Positions 1 to 9,426 of a DNA stretch of 64,000 bases are shown in pieces. Origin of the DNA: a virus (taxonomy: Duplodnaviria > Heunggongvirae > Uroviricota > Caudoviricetes); the IMG/VR virus record IMGVR_UViG_3300021400_000141, positions 64,001 to 128,000 of that record. One strand, given 5' to 3'. The notes under the pieces were generated by a model, which was given only the letters and a program-made list of their open reading frames with translations, ran no database searches and had not been told where the DNA came from. Each line of letters begins with the position of its first letter. The stretch's first letter is position 1. The position numbers and the translations under genes are program-made.

Positions 1-654
1 CTCGGACTGAGCAAAAATCAGGTCGATGCAATCGGAAAGATAACCAATGCTTGCATGGAAAGCGTCATGGATGAAACCTCAGAACCCCGTTATGTTTCCC
101 ACCTATTTCAGGGCGAGGATGAGCGCAACGATATTGAGCGCATGATAGATGCTGACGGAAACATCGACAATGTGGTAGCCGAATACGGCTTCCTTTTGGA
201 CCCGAGCAACCCTGACAACGTCACGGAAGGAGTTCCATACATCTTGGACGGGTCCGACACCATTATCGGAACAAGCGGCCCGTACACCCTTGCATACAAC
301 GGAAAAATGGCGGGTTCATATCTGCTGTACAAGAAACTTGATGATGACAGTTCAACAACAAATGCTTGCATGGAAGGTGTAGGCGATGGCGTCGATACCC
401 AAGATATCGACCCTAATATGAACGAGCTAGATGAGCACACGGACACTCCTCCCGAAACAGTTGACGGCACAGAGGAGGATGAGGAGCATGAACTTACCAT
501 GGACGAAATGTACGACAAGCTCATTGAACAAGGCGTTTCAAAGCAGACTATCAACATAGTCACCGACATTATCGGATGGAATCCTGATTCAATGCTAAAA
601 ATTCTGGACGCTGCAACTGGATACAAATCATTTGACCAGCTGCCAGAGTTCTAA
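1..654 (+). CDS. Acidic hypothetical protein, 5'-truncated by window edge; carries the shared N-terminal leader motif
   Basis: Frame is open from base 1 (LGLSKNQVDAIGKITNACMES...); D/E-rich; followed by a terminator hairpin. Confidence 0.7.
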   Translation, partial: LGLSKNQVDAIGKITNACMESVMDETSEPRYVSHLFQGEDERNDIERMIDADGNIDNVVAEYGFLLDPSNPDNVTEGVPYILDGSDTIIGTSGPYTLAYNGKMAGSYLLYKKLDDDSSTTNACMEGVGDGVDTQDIDPNMNELDEHTDTPPETVDGTEEDEEHELTMDEMYDKLIEQGVSKQTINIVTDIIGWNPDSMLKILDAATGYKSFDQLPEF

Positions 655-673
655 CTCAATCATAACAGTGTGT

Positions 674-707
674 AAAAAAGGCTTCCAACATTTTGTTGGA
701 AGCTTTT
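674..707. terminator. Bidirectional intrinsic terminator
   Basis: GCTTCCAACA-ttt-TGTTGGAAGC stem (681-703) with an A-tract before and a T-tract after, between convergent genes. Confidence 0.85.
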
Positions 708-718
708 CCTTTTTGTGC

Positions 719-1078
719 TTAATCCTCTGGTTCATCTGGGAATGGCATCCAGTGCGTCACGCTGTCCGTCTGGATGAGGTTCTCCTTGTGGAACATCCAT
801 CCGTAGCGGGTGCTCCAATACCCGATTCCGATGCCGTATAGTTTGCTGTACAGGATGCACCATGTGTTGTCGCCGACATTGTCGAGACCAGATGCCTTCC
901 TCCATACTGGCAATCCCTTCTTGATATTCTCGTTTTCGATGCGGAGCCGTTTGACTTCCTCCTGCAGTGCAAAGATGTCCAAGAACGGCACACGCACGCC
1001 TTTCATCGGGGGAGGTGCAGGGGAAGCCTTCTTCGGCTTCTTCAATGGTTTACACTTGTTCGGTGCGTTTGTCGTCAT
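719..1078 (-). CDS. DUF551-like phage protein
   Basis: C-terminal VTHWMPFPDEP motif typical of DUF551; start at MTTNAP after GGAG. Confidence 0.65.
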   Translation of the reverse strand: MTTNAPNKCKPLKKPKKASPAPPPMKGVRVPFLDIFALQEEVKRLRIENENIKKGLPVWRKASGLDNVGDNTWCILYSKLYGIGIGYWSTRYGWMFHKENLIQTDSVTHWMPFPDEPED

Positions 1079-1079
1079 T

Positions 1080-1610
1080 TTAGTCTCCTTGCGGTACAGC
1101 ACCAACTTTATGTTCACGTACGCACTTTGCGACAAACTCGTCTAGCTGCTTGTAACTCGGGTTGTGAATTTCCTCGATGATTGCCTTTGAGGCATTACCG
1201 CCATGAATTGTCTTGACAAGTCTCGCCCCGACCACGTATTCGTAATGCTGATGATGGGGTGATGCCACTACGTCGGTGTTCATGACGATACGTATCCTGT
1301 AATCCTGTGCACCCCATGTAATGAAAACATCGGTGTCACGGGAAAGCAACCCGTACTTGTCAGCGATATCCTTCACCTCGGGAAGACGGAGTTCTTCCAC
1401 GATGACATAGCGGGGTTCATAGCCATTCTTGTCAGCGTCAAGGTTCAACTTATGCGATTTGCAGAACGACTCTGCTTCCTCCTTGGTCGGGAAGGCAATA
1501 GCCTTGCTTCCGTCACTGAACCATCCGAGACCCTCAGAATCCATACCCAAGCAGTAATGAGTGTCGCTACACAGTAAAGGCCCCGTGCAGCTTCTTTCGA
1601 TATAGAACAT
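1080..1610 (-). CDS. Hypothetical protein
   Basis: 176-aa ORF with AAGGAG RBS, in the minus-strand gene run. Confidence 0.7.
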   Translation of the reverse strand: MFYIERSCTGPLLCSDTHYCLGMDSEGLGWFSDGSKAIAFPTKEEAESFCKSHKLNLDADKNGYEPRYVIVEELRLPEVKDIADKYGLLSRDTDVFITWGAQDYRIRIVMNTDVVASPHHQHYEYVVGARLVKTIHGGNASKAIIEEIHNPSYKQLDEFVAKCVREHKVGAVPQGD

Positions 1611-1684
1611 TGTGATAATCTCCTTATGAATTATTTACATGGCCTGTTTCATAGCCTGTTTCATGGCCTACAGGCGACATTAAT

Positions 1685-1951
1685 CTAGCACCTGTGCATG
1701 CCGAGCTTGAATCGGAAATGTTCAACGATGTCGATTTCCTTGCCGTCCTTGTCGAAGAAATCGAAGTTGCACGAGTTGTATGCGTGCTCTTGGTCTCCTA
1801 CCAGGATTGTCTGGGTGTAACTTCCGTGGATAACCACGTAGTCAACCACGTATTCCTTACCGACGGTCAAGTCCTTGGGGTCGTCAGTCCTTCCCCAATG
1901 GTTGTACTCGTTGCTGGTGCAAACTGCCTTGATGGATTTTTCTCTCTCCAT
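1685..1951 (-). CDS. Hypothetical phage protein
   Basis: Start at MEREKSIKAV after a GGGG RBS; LTVGKEY motif common in small phage proteins. Confidence 0.65.
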   Translation of the reverse strand: MEREKSIKAVCTSNEYNHWGRTDDPKDLTVGKEYVVDYVVIHGSYTQTILVGDQEHAYNSCNFDFFDKDGKEIDIVEHFRFKLGMHRC

Positions 1952-1961
1952 AGTGACCCCC

Positions 1962-2432
1962 TTAGATTCCGAACCGAGTGTTGAGGGCTTCGATGCGCCT
2001 ACGTTCTTCCGCCAGTGCCACGGTAAAACGCTCGACATCCTTCTTCGCCTTGGCCAGACTCGTGGACAACTCTGATACCCATCTCCGGTGGCGCTTCCGT
2101 AGTTTCCTGGCGGCTTCCTTGTATGCGGCCTTTGTGCAACGGGTAATTGTATGACTGAACATACCGTCACAAGTGCATTCTCTGTCATTGAGGTCACCCT
2201 TGCACAGCCTGAGCGTATGAGTGTTGACAACACCTTCCGTATTGTTTACGTCGAGATAGTCCGTAAATGTAACCTTGATATATCCAGACGACTTTTCCCT
2301 GGTTACTCTCTTGACGACAGCAACCACGAGCCCAACTACTCCCCCAGCACGGTCCCTGGTCACCATCTTGACCGTCCATCCAGGCTGGAGGTCGCCGAAG
2401 TTCTCAATCGCAGTATTTTTCATTGTTGGCAT
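1962..2432 (-). CDS. Hypothetical protein with C-terminal coiled coil
   Basis: 156-aa ORF directly downstream of a sigma70-like promoter. Confidence 0.7.
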   Translation of the reverse strand: MPTMKNTAIENFGDLQPGWTVKMVTRDRAGGVVGLVVAVVKRVTREKSSGYIKVTFTDYLDVNNTEGVVNTHTLRLCKGDLNDRECTCDGMFSHTITRCTKAAYKEAARKLRKRHRRWVSELSTSLAKAKKDVERFTVALAEERRRIEALNTRFGI

Positions 2433-2461
2433 CCTTTGTATGTTTGTATGTTCCTGCTTAA

Positions 2462-2490
2462 AATATAGATAATAAAATTGTGTCTGTCAA
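2462..2490 (-). promoter_or_regulatory. Sigma70-like early promoter
   Basis: TTGACA-17 bp-TATATT on the minus strand. Confidence 0.8.
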
Positions 2491-2493
2491 GCC

Positions 2494-2772
2494 CTATTTG
2501 TAGCGAATCTTCAAAATTGTGAGGACTGCGGTCAGAATCGTGGCGATTCCGTAATTGAAATAGATTGGATACTGCCACAGCCCTGTCTTTATGTTCGTGT
2601 AGAATACGAACACTGCACTGAATATGTTCCCGCAGAAGGCGAAGACAAGGAACATGCGGCTGATGTCCTTGCACGACTTGGTTCGGTAGCACTTGACTAT
2701 CTGGGGGGCGAGGTTGATTGCGAAGAAGAAGGCCCCGAGGATACCCGAAAGCCAGCAAAGCGTCTCTATCAT
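2494..2772 (-). CDS. PQ-loop/SemiSWEET family small transporter
   Basis: 92 aa, three hydrophobic helices, LAPQIVKCYRTKSCKDIS PQ-loop motif. Confidence 0.8.
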   Translation of the reverse strand: MIETLCWLSGILGAFFFAINLAPQIVKCYRTKSCKDISRMFLVFAFCGNIFSAVFVFYTNIKTGLWQYPIYFNYGIATILTAVLTILKIRYK

Positions 2773-2797
2773 ATGGACTCGATTACGTTACCTTTTC

Positions 2798-2814
2798 AGT
2801 TTATAGTATAAACT
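2798..2814. promoter_or_regulatory. Back-to-back late-type promoters (TATAAACT on both strands)
   Basis: Perfect inverted repeat AGTTTATA-G-TATAAACT between divergent genes. Confidence 0.7.
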
Positions 2815-2846
2815 ACAATATAGCAATATCTAAGGAGAAATCAAAT

Positions 2847-3287
2847 ATGTCAGCCTTCCTTGATGAACTTTTGAAGAAAATGAAGACCGCACCCCATGTA
2901 GGCATCCCGTCCGTTACAAACCCTAGGCTTCCGACCAAGGTTGAAAGAGATACCGCCGAGTATGCTGCTAGACAAAAGGCAATGCCTAACTTCAAGTTCG
3001 GAAACGGCCACCCAAGTCCTATATATGCAGACCCGAAGTTCAGGAGGCCCGAACTGTTCATTCAGAACACTGTTCTCACCAAGGACGAACGAGAAAAGTT
3101 CGAAGACAAGTATCAAGCCTACGCAAAAAAGTTGAAAGCGGAAACTGCAAAAAAGAAAAAAGAAGCCGAACAGGATGAATTCGAGTCTCAATACCAAGCA
3201 TACGCCAAGAAATTGAGAGAAGAAAATGCTCAAATGAACCAAGATGTCAAAGCATCTACAGACGGTAAGAAACAGGCGGAAGTATAA
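2847..3287 (+). CDS. Hypothetical protein with internal duplicated helix (FEDKYQAYAKKL / FESQYQAYAKKL)
   Basis: AAGGAG RBS before ATG 2847; stop overlaps next start (TAATG). Confidence 0.75.
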   Translation: MSAFLDELLKKMKTAPHVGIPSVTNPRLPTKVERDTAEYAARQKAMPNFKFGNGHPSPIYADPKFRRPELFIQNTVLTKDEREKFEDKYQAYAKKLKAETAKKKKEAEQDEFESQYQAYAKKLREENAQMNQDVKASTDGKKQAEV

Positions 3288-3949
3288 TGAAAATTTATGT
3301 GGTTGGCAGCACAAAGAACAAGTTCCTGCCGCTTGACAAGATAAGGACAAAGTTCTTTATCGATAAACCTCATGTCGGTGACAACATCGACTTTCTTAAC
3401 CCATGGTATTGTGAACTTACTGGATTGTACCACCTGTGGAAACATGTGGAGGACGACATCGTAGGATTGGAACATTATCGTAGATATTTCGTTAACTCTC
3501 ATGACAAGATATTGTCGGAGGGAGAGATAAACGAAATGTTGAAAACATGTGACATTATCTGCACCAAGGCACATTACAGCAAGGAACGCCCAGTTATAAC
3601 ATGGCTCAACGAGCATGGCAAACGCAAGGACTTTGATAAATATCTGTACATCCTATGCAGATACTTTGATGATATCGGGGACAAGAAGTACCACGGTTTC
3701 GGAGAATGGTGCAAGAAGTATCTTTTTGGTGACCACCACTGTCTTGGTAACATGTTCGTGTGCAAACGGGCTCTGATTGAGGAGTATTGCCTATGGTTGT
3801 TCAACGTATTGAGCGTATACGACCAAGTCAACGGCCTATCAGACGCCAACAGAAGGATTGACGGATATCTGGCAGAGTTCCTGTTCGGAGCATGGCTGGA
3901 ATGGAACAAGAAGAAGATTAAATATCAACAAATCAGAATAGTAAGGTAG
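3287..3949 (+). CDS. DUF4422-family putative glycosyltransferase
   Basis: DNIDFLNPWYCELTGLYHLWK, VGLEHYRRYF, NMFVCK and RIDGYLAE motifs. Confidence 0.85.
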   Translation: MKIYVVGSTKNKFLPLDKIRTKFFIDKPHVGDNIDFLNPWYCELTGLYHLWKHVEDDIVGLEHYRRYFVNSHDKILSEGEINEMLKTCDIICTKAHYSKERPVITWLNEHGKRKDFDKYLYILCRYFDDIGDKKYHGFGEWCKKYLFGDHHCLGNMFVCKRALIEEYCLWLFNVLSVYDQVNGLSDANRRIDGYLAEFLFGAWLEWNKKKIKYQQIRIVR

Positions 3950-3953
3950 GAAG

Positions 3954-4754
3954 ATGGTTAAGGACAAAAATACACTAATAGTCAGCATGACTTCATGGCC
4001 GAAGCGAATCAAGTATTGTTCAAGGGTGTTCTTTTCCATCATGGAAAGTGATTGTCCGAAGGACAAGTATCATCTGGTTCTTGTCCTGTGTGAAAAGGAA
4101 TTTCCGAACAAGGAAGCAGACCTTCCAGAAGTCTTGCGGCTGATGATTGAAAATGGAGATATCGAACTGATATGGCACCCTACAAATATATTCAGCCACA
4201 AGAAACTGATGCCAGTATTGAAGAAATACCCAGATAACCCTATTTTGGTATGTGACGACGACATAATTCGTCCGAAACATTGGCTACCAGCCTTCTTGAA
4301 AGACCATGCTGAACACCCTGATGAAATCATCGTTGGCGGATGCGTGTTCGACATCAGTTTCGACGGAAATGTGTTGAACCCAGTTAAACGCTTCAGGTTT
4401 GACCCTCCTTCATGTGCAGGCAAAATTGTGAAAGGAGCTCGACCAGCAAACGGGTTCGGTGGCGTCCTTTATCCAGCACATACCTTCACCGACCCAAGGT
4501 TCTTCGACGAAAATCTGTTCATGGAACTTTCGGCATATTCGGATGAAAGCTGGCAGTATTGTTTCAGCATCATGTATAACAAGACGATGAGATGGCTGTC
4601 TGTATACATTCCGCACCAACATGGTCAACAAGATGGAACATACGAGTGTTCTATGTCAAAGCTAAGAAAACCCAAGGATTCTTATGTCAATATATACAAC
4701 AAGTTGTTGAACTATTTTCCTGAGTTCAAGGCTAATATGAAGAACTATGTTTAG
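3954..4754 (+). CDS. GT-A fold glycosyltransferase
   Basis: IVSMTSWPKRI, SHKKL, ILVCDDD (DxD) and GGVLYP motifs. Confidence 0.8.
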   Translation: MVKDKNTLIVSMTSWPKRIKYCSRVFFSIMESDCPKDKYHLVLVLCEKEFPNKEADLPEVLRLMIENGDIELIWHPTNIFSHKKLMPVLKKYPDNPILVCDDDIIRPKHWLPAFLKDHAEHPDEIIVGGCVFDISFDGNVLNPVKRFRFDPPSCAGKIVKGARPANGFGGVLYPAHTFTDPRFFDENLFMELSAYSDESWQYCFSIMYNKTMRWLSVYIPHQHGQQDGTYECSMSKLRKPKDSYVNIYNKLLNYFPEFKANMKNYV

Positions 4755-4766
4755 AGCGGAGGTAAT

Positions 4767-5612
4767 ATGACCTGGGAAGAGTATTGCATCTCACAACTAC
4801 CATTGGCAAAACGCATGTATCAACGATACATGAAGAAGACATGGGATTTTAAAAATCCTAAAACACTAAGTGAAAAACTATGGTGGCTTGCTATTTACGA
4901 CTCAACAATGCTAAAAAGCTTTTGCGCTGATAAAATTACCCTTCATGATTATTCAATAATGAAGCTTGGTAAAGACATTTGCATCCCTATAATTGCTGAA
5001 TACAATAAACCAGAAGATATTGACTTTGATACACTTCCAAATAAATTTGTAATCAAATGCAATCACGGGAGCGGATATAACATCATAATTAAAGATAAAC
5101 ATACAATAAATAAATCAGATATATATAGAAAACTACATGCATGGATGAATGAAGATTACAGTCTTAAACATTACTGTGAACTTCATTATAAGAACATCCC
5201 ACATAAAATTTTCATAGAAGAATATATGGAAAATAAAGGAAAAACAGCATTAACAGACTATAAAGTGCACTGTTTTAATGGTAATCCTAAATTTTGCCAA
5301 GTAATTACTGAAAGATTTACTAACACACTTCATTTCAACTATTACGATTTAGATTTCAAGCCAATGCTAACTGTGAGCAGGAATGACCACCCCGCAGATT
5401 ATTCTAAATTAGATAATCCCCCTTATAATTGGGAGCTGATGTTACAATACGCTACCAAACTATCCAAAGACTTTAAATATGTAAGAGTTGATTTCTACGA
5501 AATTGACGGTAAGATTTATCTAGGAGAATTGACGTTTACCCCAAATGGTGGAAACGTGCAATACAAAGATAAAAGTACCGATATGGAGTTTGGAAAATTA
5601 CTTAGAGTATAA
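4767..5612 (+). CDS. TupA-like ATP-grasp protein (polysaccharide-associated amidoligase)
   Basis: NPKTLSEKL, FVIKCNHGSG, DYKVHCFNG, VRVDFY and GELTFTP motifs; AT-rich. Confidence 0.88.
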   Translation: MTWEEYCISQLPLAKRMYQRYMKKTWDFKNPKTLSEKLWWLAIYDSTMLKSFCADKITLHDYSIMKLGKDICIPIIAEYNKPEDIDFDTLPNKFVIKCNHGSGYNIIIKDKHTINKSDIYRKLHAWMNEDYSLKHYCELHYKNIPHKIFIEEYMENKGKTALTDYKVHCFNGNPKFCQVITERFTNTLHFNYYDLDFKPMLTVSRNDHPADYSKLDNPPYNWELMLQYATKLSKDFKYVRVDFYEIDGKIYLGELTFTPNGGNVQYKDKSTDMEFGKLLRV

Positions 5613-5615
5613 TAT

Positions 5616-6206
5616 ATGGTAAATTTAATAGGAAATACTTGTATCGCATCTTGGATGACAACAAAATGTTACAATCAGGAACTTATAAATCCATTTACAT
5701 GGAGTATTTTAGATTTTGACAGTGCATATAATTTGGTCAAAAACTACGATAAAATAAATTTTAATTATTATGAGCTCAAAAAAGATAAAGATTGGAATTT
5801 TAGTATAACCATAGATGACCAAGTCACTGTGCAATATGTACATTACAAATTTAGAAAAGATGCAACAAAATTAACTAAAAATGGGGTGGATTTATATTGG
5901 AATAAGATATGGGAATATATAGTGAATCAATACAAAAAACATATTAAAAAAATGTTAACATATAATATCGAACCAATCTTTATTTTTGGAAGTGCTAACA
6001 AAGTCACAAGAGAACGATGCTTATTTAATGTGGAACAACAAGCAAAACTAGATGAATTAAACAGTAAATATACAATAGTTCTATCATTCAAAGAAATGAT
6101 AGAACCGCGACATGTTATTTGCATTAAGCAAGATGGCTCGTATAATTGCAATGGTGTAGGGGTATCTACTGAAATATATAATAAAATAAAAGATGTAATA
6201 AAATAG
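5616..6206 (+). CDS. Hypothetical protein, DUF1919/DUF1796-like N-terminus (EPS-locus associated)
   Basis: LIGNTC...INPFTW start and YVHY motif; very AT-rich. Confidence 0.5.
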   Translation: MVNLIGNTCIASWMTTKCYNQELINPFTWSILDFDSAYNLVKNYDKINFNYYELKKDKDWNFSITIDDQVTVQYVHYKFRKDATKLTKNGVDLYWNKIWEYIVNQYKKHIKKMLTYNIEPIFIFGSANKVTRERCLFNVEQQAKLDELNSKYTIVLSFKEMIEPRHVICIKQDGSYNCNGVGVSTEIYNKIKDVIK

Positions 6207-6215
6207 TATTAATTT

Positions 6216-6485
6216 CTAATGCAAACACTGTGTTTGCCACTTGTCGCCCTCTTTTACTGCTCTCAGGAACTGCAAGTCCATGACGGCACCCTTGTCAAGC
6301 ACGGTCTGCAGCGTGGTTTCGATAATGGCGTAGTCTCGGTCGTTCTCGGAATCATCAATGTGGTCGATGATTTTTGAGTTCGGGTCGTTTTCATAGCGAG
6401 CCCACAGGGCATTCCACTCATTGATAGAGAGTCTGCCGCACAGGTAATTGCCTTCGATATACAGTCTGATTGTCATGTCAGTCAT
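6216..6485 (-). CDS. Hypothetical protein
   Basis: GGAGG RBS before MTDMTIRL. Confidence 0.6.
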   Translation of the reverse strand: MTDMTIRLYIEGNYLCGRLSINEWNALWARYENDPNSKIIDHIDDSENDRDYAIIETTLQTVLDKGAVMDLQFLRAVKEGDKWQTQCLH

Positions 6486-6504
6486 CACAGCACCTCCATA
6501 GGTA

Positions 6505-6918
6505 TCAACTCGCAATACGACCGCTGTTTATCCCTTTTGCTATGCTATATAGCAGTTTGTCCGGCTCGCGAGGATATATCATAAGCTCATCGACAATCTT
6601 ACCATCAACTTTCGCTGGGCAACCGCCATGAATAATTTCATTTAGGAGGAAATCTGATGGTACTGCAACCATGTCGAAACGGTGTACATATTCTCTGACC
6701 TCGGCAACAGTACGCCAGCACTCGATGAACTCGTCTGTTCCCCTGTCAGATGTCCTCCACCTTTCAGCAGAGCTGTCTTCACACGCAGAATCCAACAGTA
6801 TGACGAAACGGGCTTTCGGCATGTATGCCCACTGGATGGTATTAAATTTCGGAACCATCACATGTACAAGAGCACGCAAGCTGTAATCGGGCTTAATCGC
6901 TTTCACTTCCATTTTCAC
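6505..6918 (-). CDS. Hypothetical protein
   Basis: 137-aa ORF coupled to the upstream gene. Confidence 0.6.
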   Translation of the reverse strand: MKMEVKAIKPDYSLRALVHVMVPKFNTIQWAYMPKARFVILLDSACEDSSAERWRTSDRGTDEFIECWRTVAEVREYVHRFDMVAVPSDFLLNEIIHGGCPAKVDGKIVDELMIYPREPDKLLYSIAKGINSGRIAS

Positions 6919-7259
6919 TCCTCCCTGGTTTTAATAAGTTCCTTTGGGAACGGCTTAATTATTCTGTAGTCGCAGTCGTATGGATGGCAGCTCAACCCTG
7001 TTTCGGTAAGTAGTCCTGTGTCGGTAAGGTCCAACCTAACTCCACTGGGATAGTTCCACACGGAATAGACTTCGAAGCCTGGGGGCACGATATAGAGGTT
7101 ATGATTCCATTCAGCGAGGGATGCCCCGTGCTTACGCAGGACGGCCTTGATTTCCTCGGCTATTGCCTTGCTCTGTTCTACGGCTTCGGCTATGGAGCGG
7201 AGCCTAAATTCCTCCAGGGCGAGTTTCCCCTGTATTTCACGTTCTGTCTGTTCGTTCAT
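6915..7259 (-). CDS. Hypothetical protein
   Basis: Start at MNEQTERE; tight packing with neighbours. Confidence 0.6.
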   Translation of the reverse strand: MNEQTEREIQGKLALEEFRLRSIAEAVEQSKAIAEEIKAVLRKHGASLAEWNHNLYIVPPGFEVYSVWNYPSGVRLDLTDTGLLTETGLSCHPYDCDYRIIKPFPKELIKTREE

Positions 7260-7281
7260 TATTCCGCCTACATGTATGCAT

Positions 7282-8172
7282 TTAAAGCATGTCCTTGACC
7301 TTGGCAAGCAACGACGGGTCAGCCTTCAACTTAGCCATGATGTCATCCAGAGAAGCATCCTCTTTCTTCTTCCTAGGTTTAACCACCCGATGTTTCTTCA
7401 CAATCGACTTCCTTTCGTCCATCAGCTTTGCGACCTCGTCGAACTTGCCCAGATGGGTCAGCCACCGCTTGATTACATAGAAAGTGTGCTCTTTCTCGTC
7501 CCGTGTTTTCCATGCCTTCTTCGCATCGTCCTTTCCAGTCAATTCGTAACCCTTCCTGTCCAAGGCGGCGACATACTCCTGGGCGAAGTTCTCGCCGATG
7601 CTCTTATGGGTACACCTAGCCCATTCCTGCAACGGGAATCCCTTTGGCATTCCATACCGTTTCTCGCCAACAGTCAGGTCCTCGAAAGTCAGCTTTCCGT
7701 GTACATGCGGGTCGTAATACACTTTATGAACGTTGTCAACCACTTTACCGTCTTTGTAACCTACTTCGATATACCAGTCAATCTTGAAGTGGTCTATTTC
7801 GAACTCTTTCGCAAAGGTAAAATCGACGTTCGGAACACGGTCTTCAACACGGATTCCATTGGCACTGTAATACACGTCATAGAACACGCGGTCACCAATG
7901 TCGAGATGTTCACCTAGCCCGTCAAGGATGTCGCCCTCAACCACGTCCGTTCCGTGTTCTTCACCAGCAAAGGAAAGGTTCTCCTCGGCCATTTCATCCC
8001 AGTAGGAGACACGCTTGTAATTGTCCCTGCAAACATAGGACACCTTCTGTCCTTCCTTCTCTATCATGAGGGTTCGCTGACGGATGGTGACTTCTTCGGT
8101 TTCACCTGATTTCGGGTCCGTGTAGATAACCCTGTCGCCAAGCCTGAACTTGAATTCTTGTTTAAAATGCAT
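7282..8172 (-). CDS. Hypothetical protein with SH3-like (GDRV) repeats
   Basis: KFRLGDRVIY and LDIGDRVFY segments; ~296 aa. Confidence 0.7.
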   Translation of the reverse strand: MHFKQEFKFRLGDRVIYTDPKSGETEEVTIRQRTLMIEKEGQKVSYVCRDNYKRVSYWDEMAEENLSFAGEEHGTDVVEGDILDGLGEHLDIGDRVFYDVYYSANGIRVEDRVPNVDFTFAKEFEIDHFKIDWYIEVGYKDGKVVDNVHKVYYDPHVHGKLTFEDLTVGEKRYGMPKGFPLQEWARCTHKSIGENFAQEYVAALDRKGYELTGKDDAKKAWKTRDEKEHTFYVIKRWLTHLGKFDEVAKLMDERKSIVKKHRVVKPRKKKEDASLDDIMAKLKADPSLLAKVKDML

Positions 8173-8180
8173 GTGTATAT

Positions 8181-8426
8181 TTAATCCCTGTTTGAACCGC
8201 ACCTGTCATAGATGAGGCCGTAAATCTTCGCCTGGTTCTCCAAGAGAACCTTAGTGTTGCTTTCAATGACTTCCCGTGTATAATCCAATCCCCATGAGGT
8301 TGGATTACTTTCCATATATGGATGGTATGGCAGCTTGCTGGAAATCCTGCGGGGATGATGCTCGGCGTTGCCAAGGAGGACGCACATCATAATACCTAAA
8401 GCGAATCCAATTAGCATGTTACGCAT
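8181..8426 (-). CDS. Small protein with N-terminal signal/TM helix
   Basis: MRNMLIGFALGIMMCVLLG; GAGG RBS. Confidence 0.6.
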   Translation of the reverse strand: MRNMLIGFALGIMMCVLLGNAEHHPRRISSKLPYHPYMESNPTSWGLDYTREVIESNTKVLLENQAKIYGLIYDRCGSNRD

Positions 8427-8468
8427 ATTTACCTCGTTTTTTTCATAATTAAGCCTTTGTATCAGATT

Positions 8469-8888
8469 TTACCACCACTTGAAAACGGCGTCTTCCTTCG
8501 GGGAATCCACCACAATCTGCATCATTTTCAGCATGTTCTCTACCTGTCCCCGTCGGTAGTCCCACTTGATTTCGTTAAGGTCTTTGCCCTTCATCGCTGC
8601 GAGGAAGTCCTTGCAGGCATCCTTGTTCATCTCGCCGTCGCAATCGCTCTTGTTGAAAAACTCGAAGAACCCTTCGCCAACACGTTCCTTCAATCGGGCA
8701 CAGCACTTGTCGTAACGGGTGTAGAAATCCGAGGGGAAATGCTCGCTGTAAGCTTCCTTGATAAGGTCTGCGAACTCCTTGTCGATGAACCCTGCAAGGA
8801 TTTGCCTGACTTCACCGAAGGATGAATACGACATGTTGACCCCGATTTTGTCAGGGTACGGAACACTCGGGAAGAACGAAACGCTCAT
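8469..8888 (-). CDS. Hypothetical phage protein
   Basis: 139-aa ORF; SDCDG motif; GGAG RBS. Confidence 0.65.
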   Translation of the reverse strand: MSVSFFPSVPYPDKIGVNMSYSSFGEVRQILAGFIDKEFADLIKEAYSEHFPSDFYTRYDKCCARLKERVGEGFFEFFNKSDCDGEMNKDACKDFLAAMKGKDLNEIKWDYRRGQVENMLKMMQIVVDSPKEDAVFKWW

Positions 8889-9030
8889 TTTCTTCTCCTT
8901 GTCTTGCGGTACTGTTTACCTGGGTTCAGAGAGTACGGAATAGGTTTCACACGGCACGGTGGAGGAGCCATCTTGCGTTTTCCTGCGGGGATGACAAGCG
9001 GCATTGAATACTGTTCTGCTTCTGCGTCGG

Positions 9031-9303
9031 TCATTTTGTCTCCTTTTGCCTGAGTAATGGGCAGCGGTTGGGAATGGCAAACTCCCACTCGTAATAGTCC
9101 TGTGTACGGCACACGTTCTTGCCGTGGGTGTTCTGTTCCACCTTGAAGCTGGCACGGTTGATGTTGAAGTTCCCGAGGCCGCAATACTGTCTCCAGCCAG
9201 GTTTCTTCTCCGTCCCTTGGGTTTCAACGAAGTGCTTGCAGTGTTCACACCCCGTTATGCCCTGTTCACGTCGTACACGGTCTTTTTCCTTTTCCAAGTC
9301 CAT
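9031..9303 (-). CDS. Cys-rich hypothetical protein (possible zinc binding)
   Basis: CEHCKH...YC...C...CPL. Confidence 0.55.
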   Translation of the reverse strand: MDLEKEKDRVRREQGITGCEHCKHFVETQGTEKKPGWRQYCGLGNFNINRASFKVEQNTHGKNVCRTQDYYEWEFAIPNRCPLLRQKETK

Positions 9304-9426
9304 CAAGCAACTCCCGACAAAACGGAATTTATAATTGCAGCAAGCACCGCAATGGCTATGCCAACAAACAACCCCCACCGCCATCCACGGTCAAACCATT
9401 CTGCCTTAATACGGTCAAGTTCCTTC

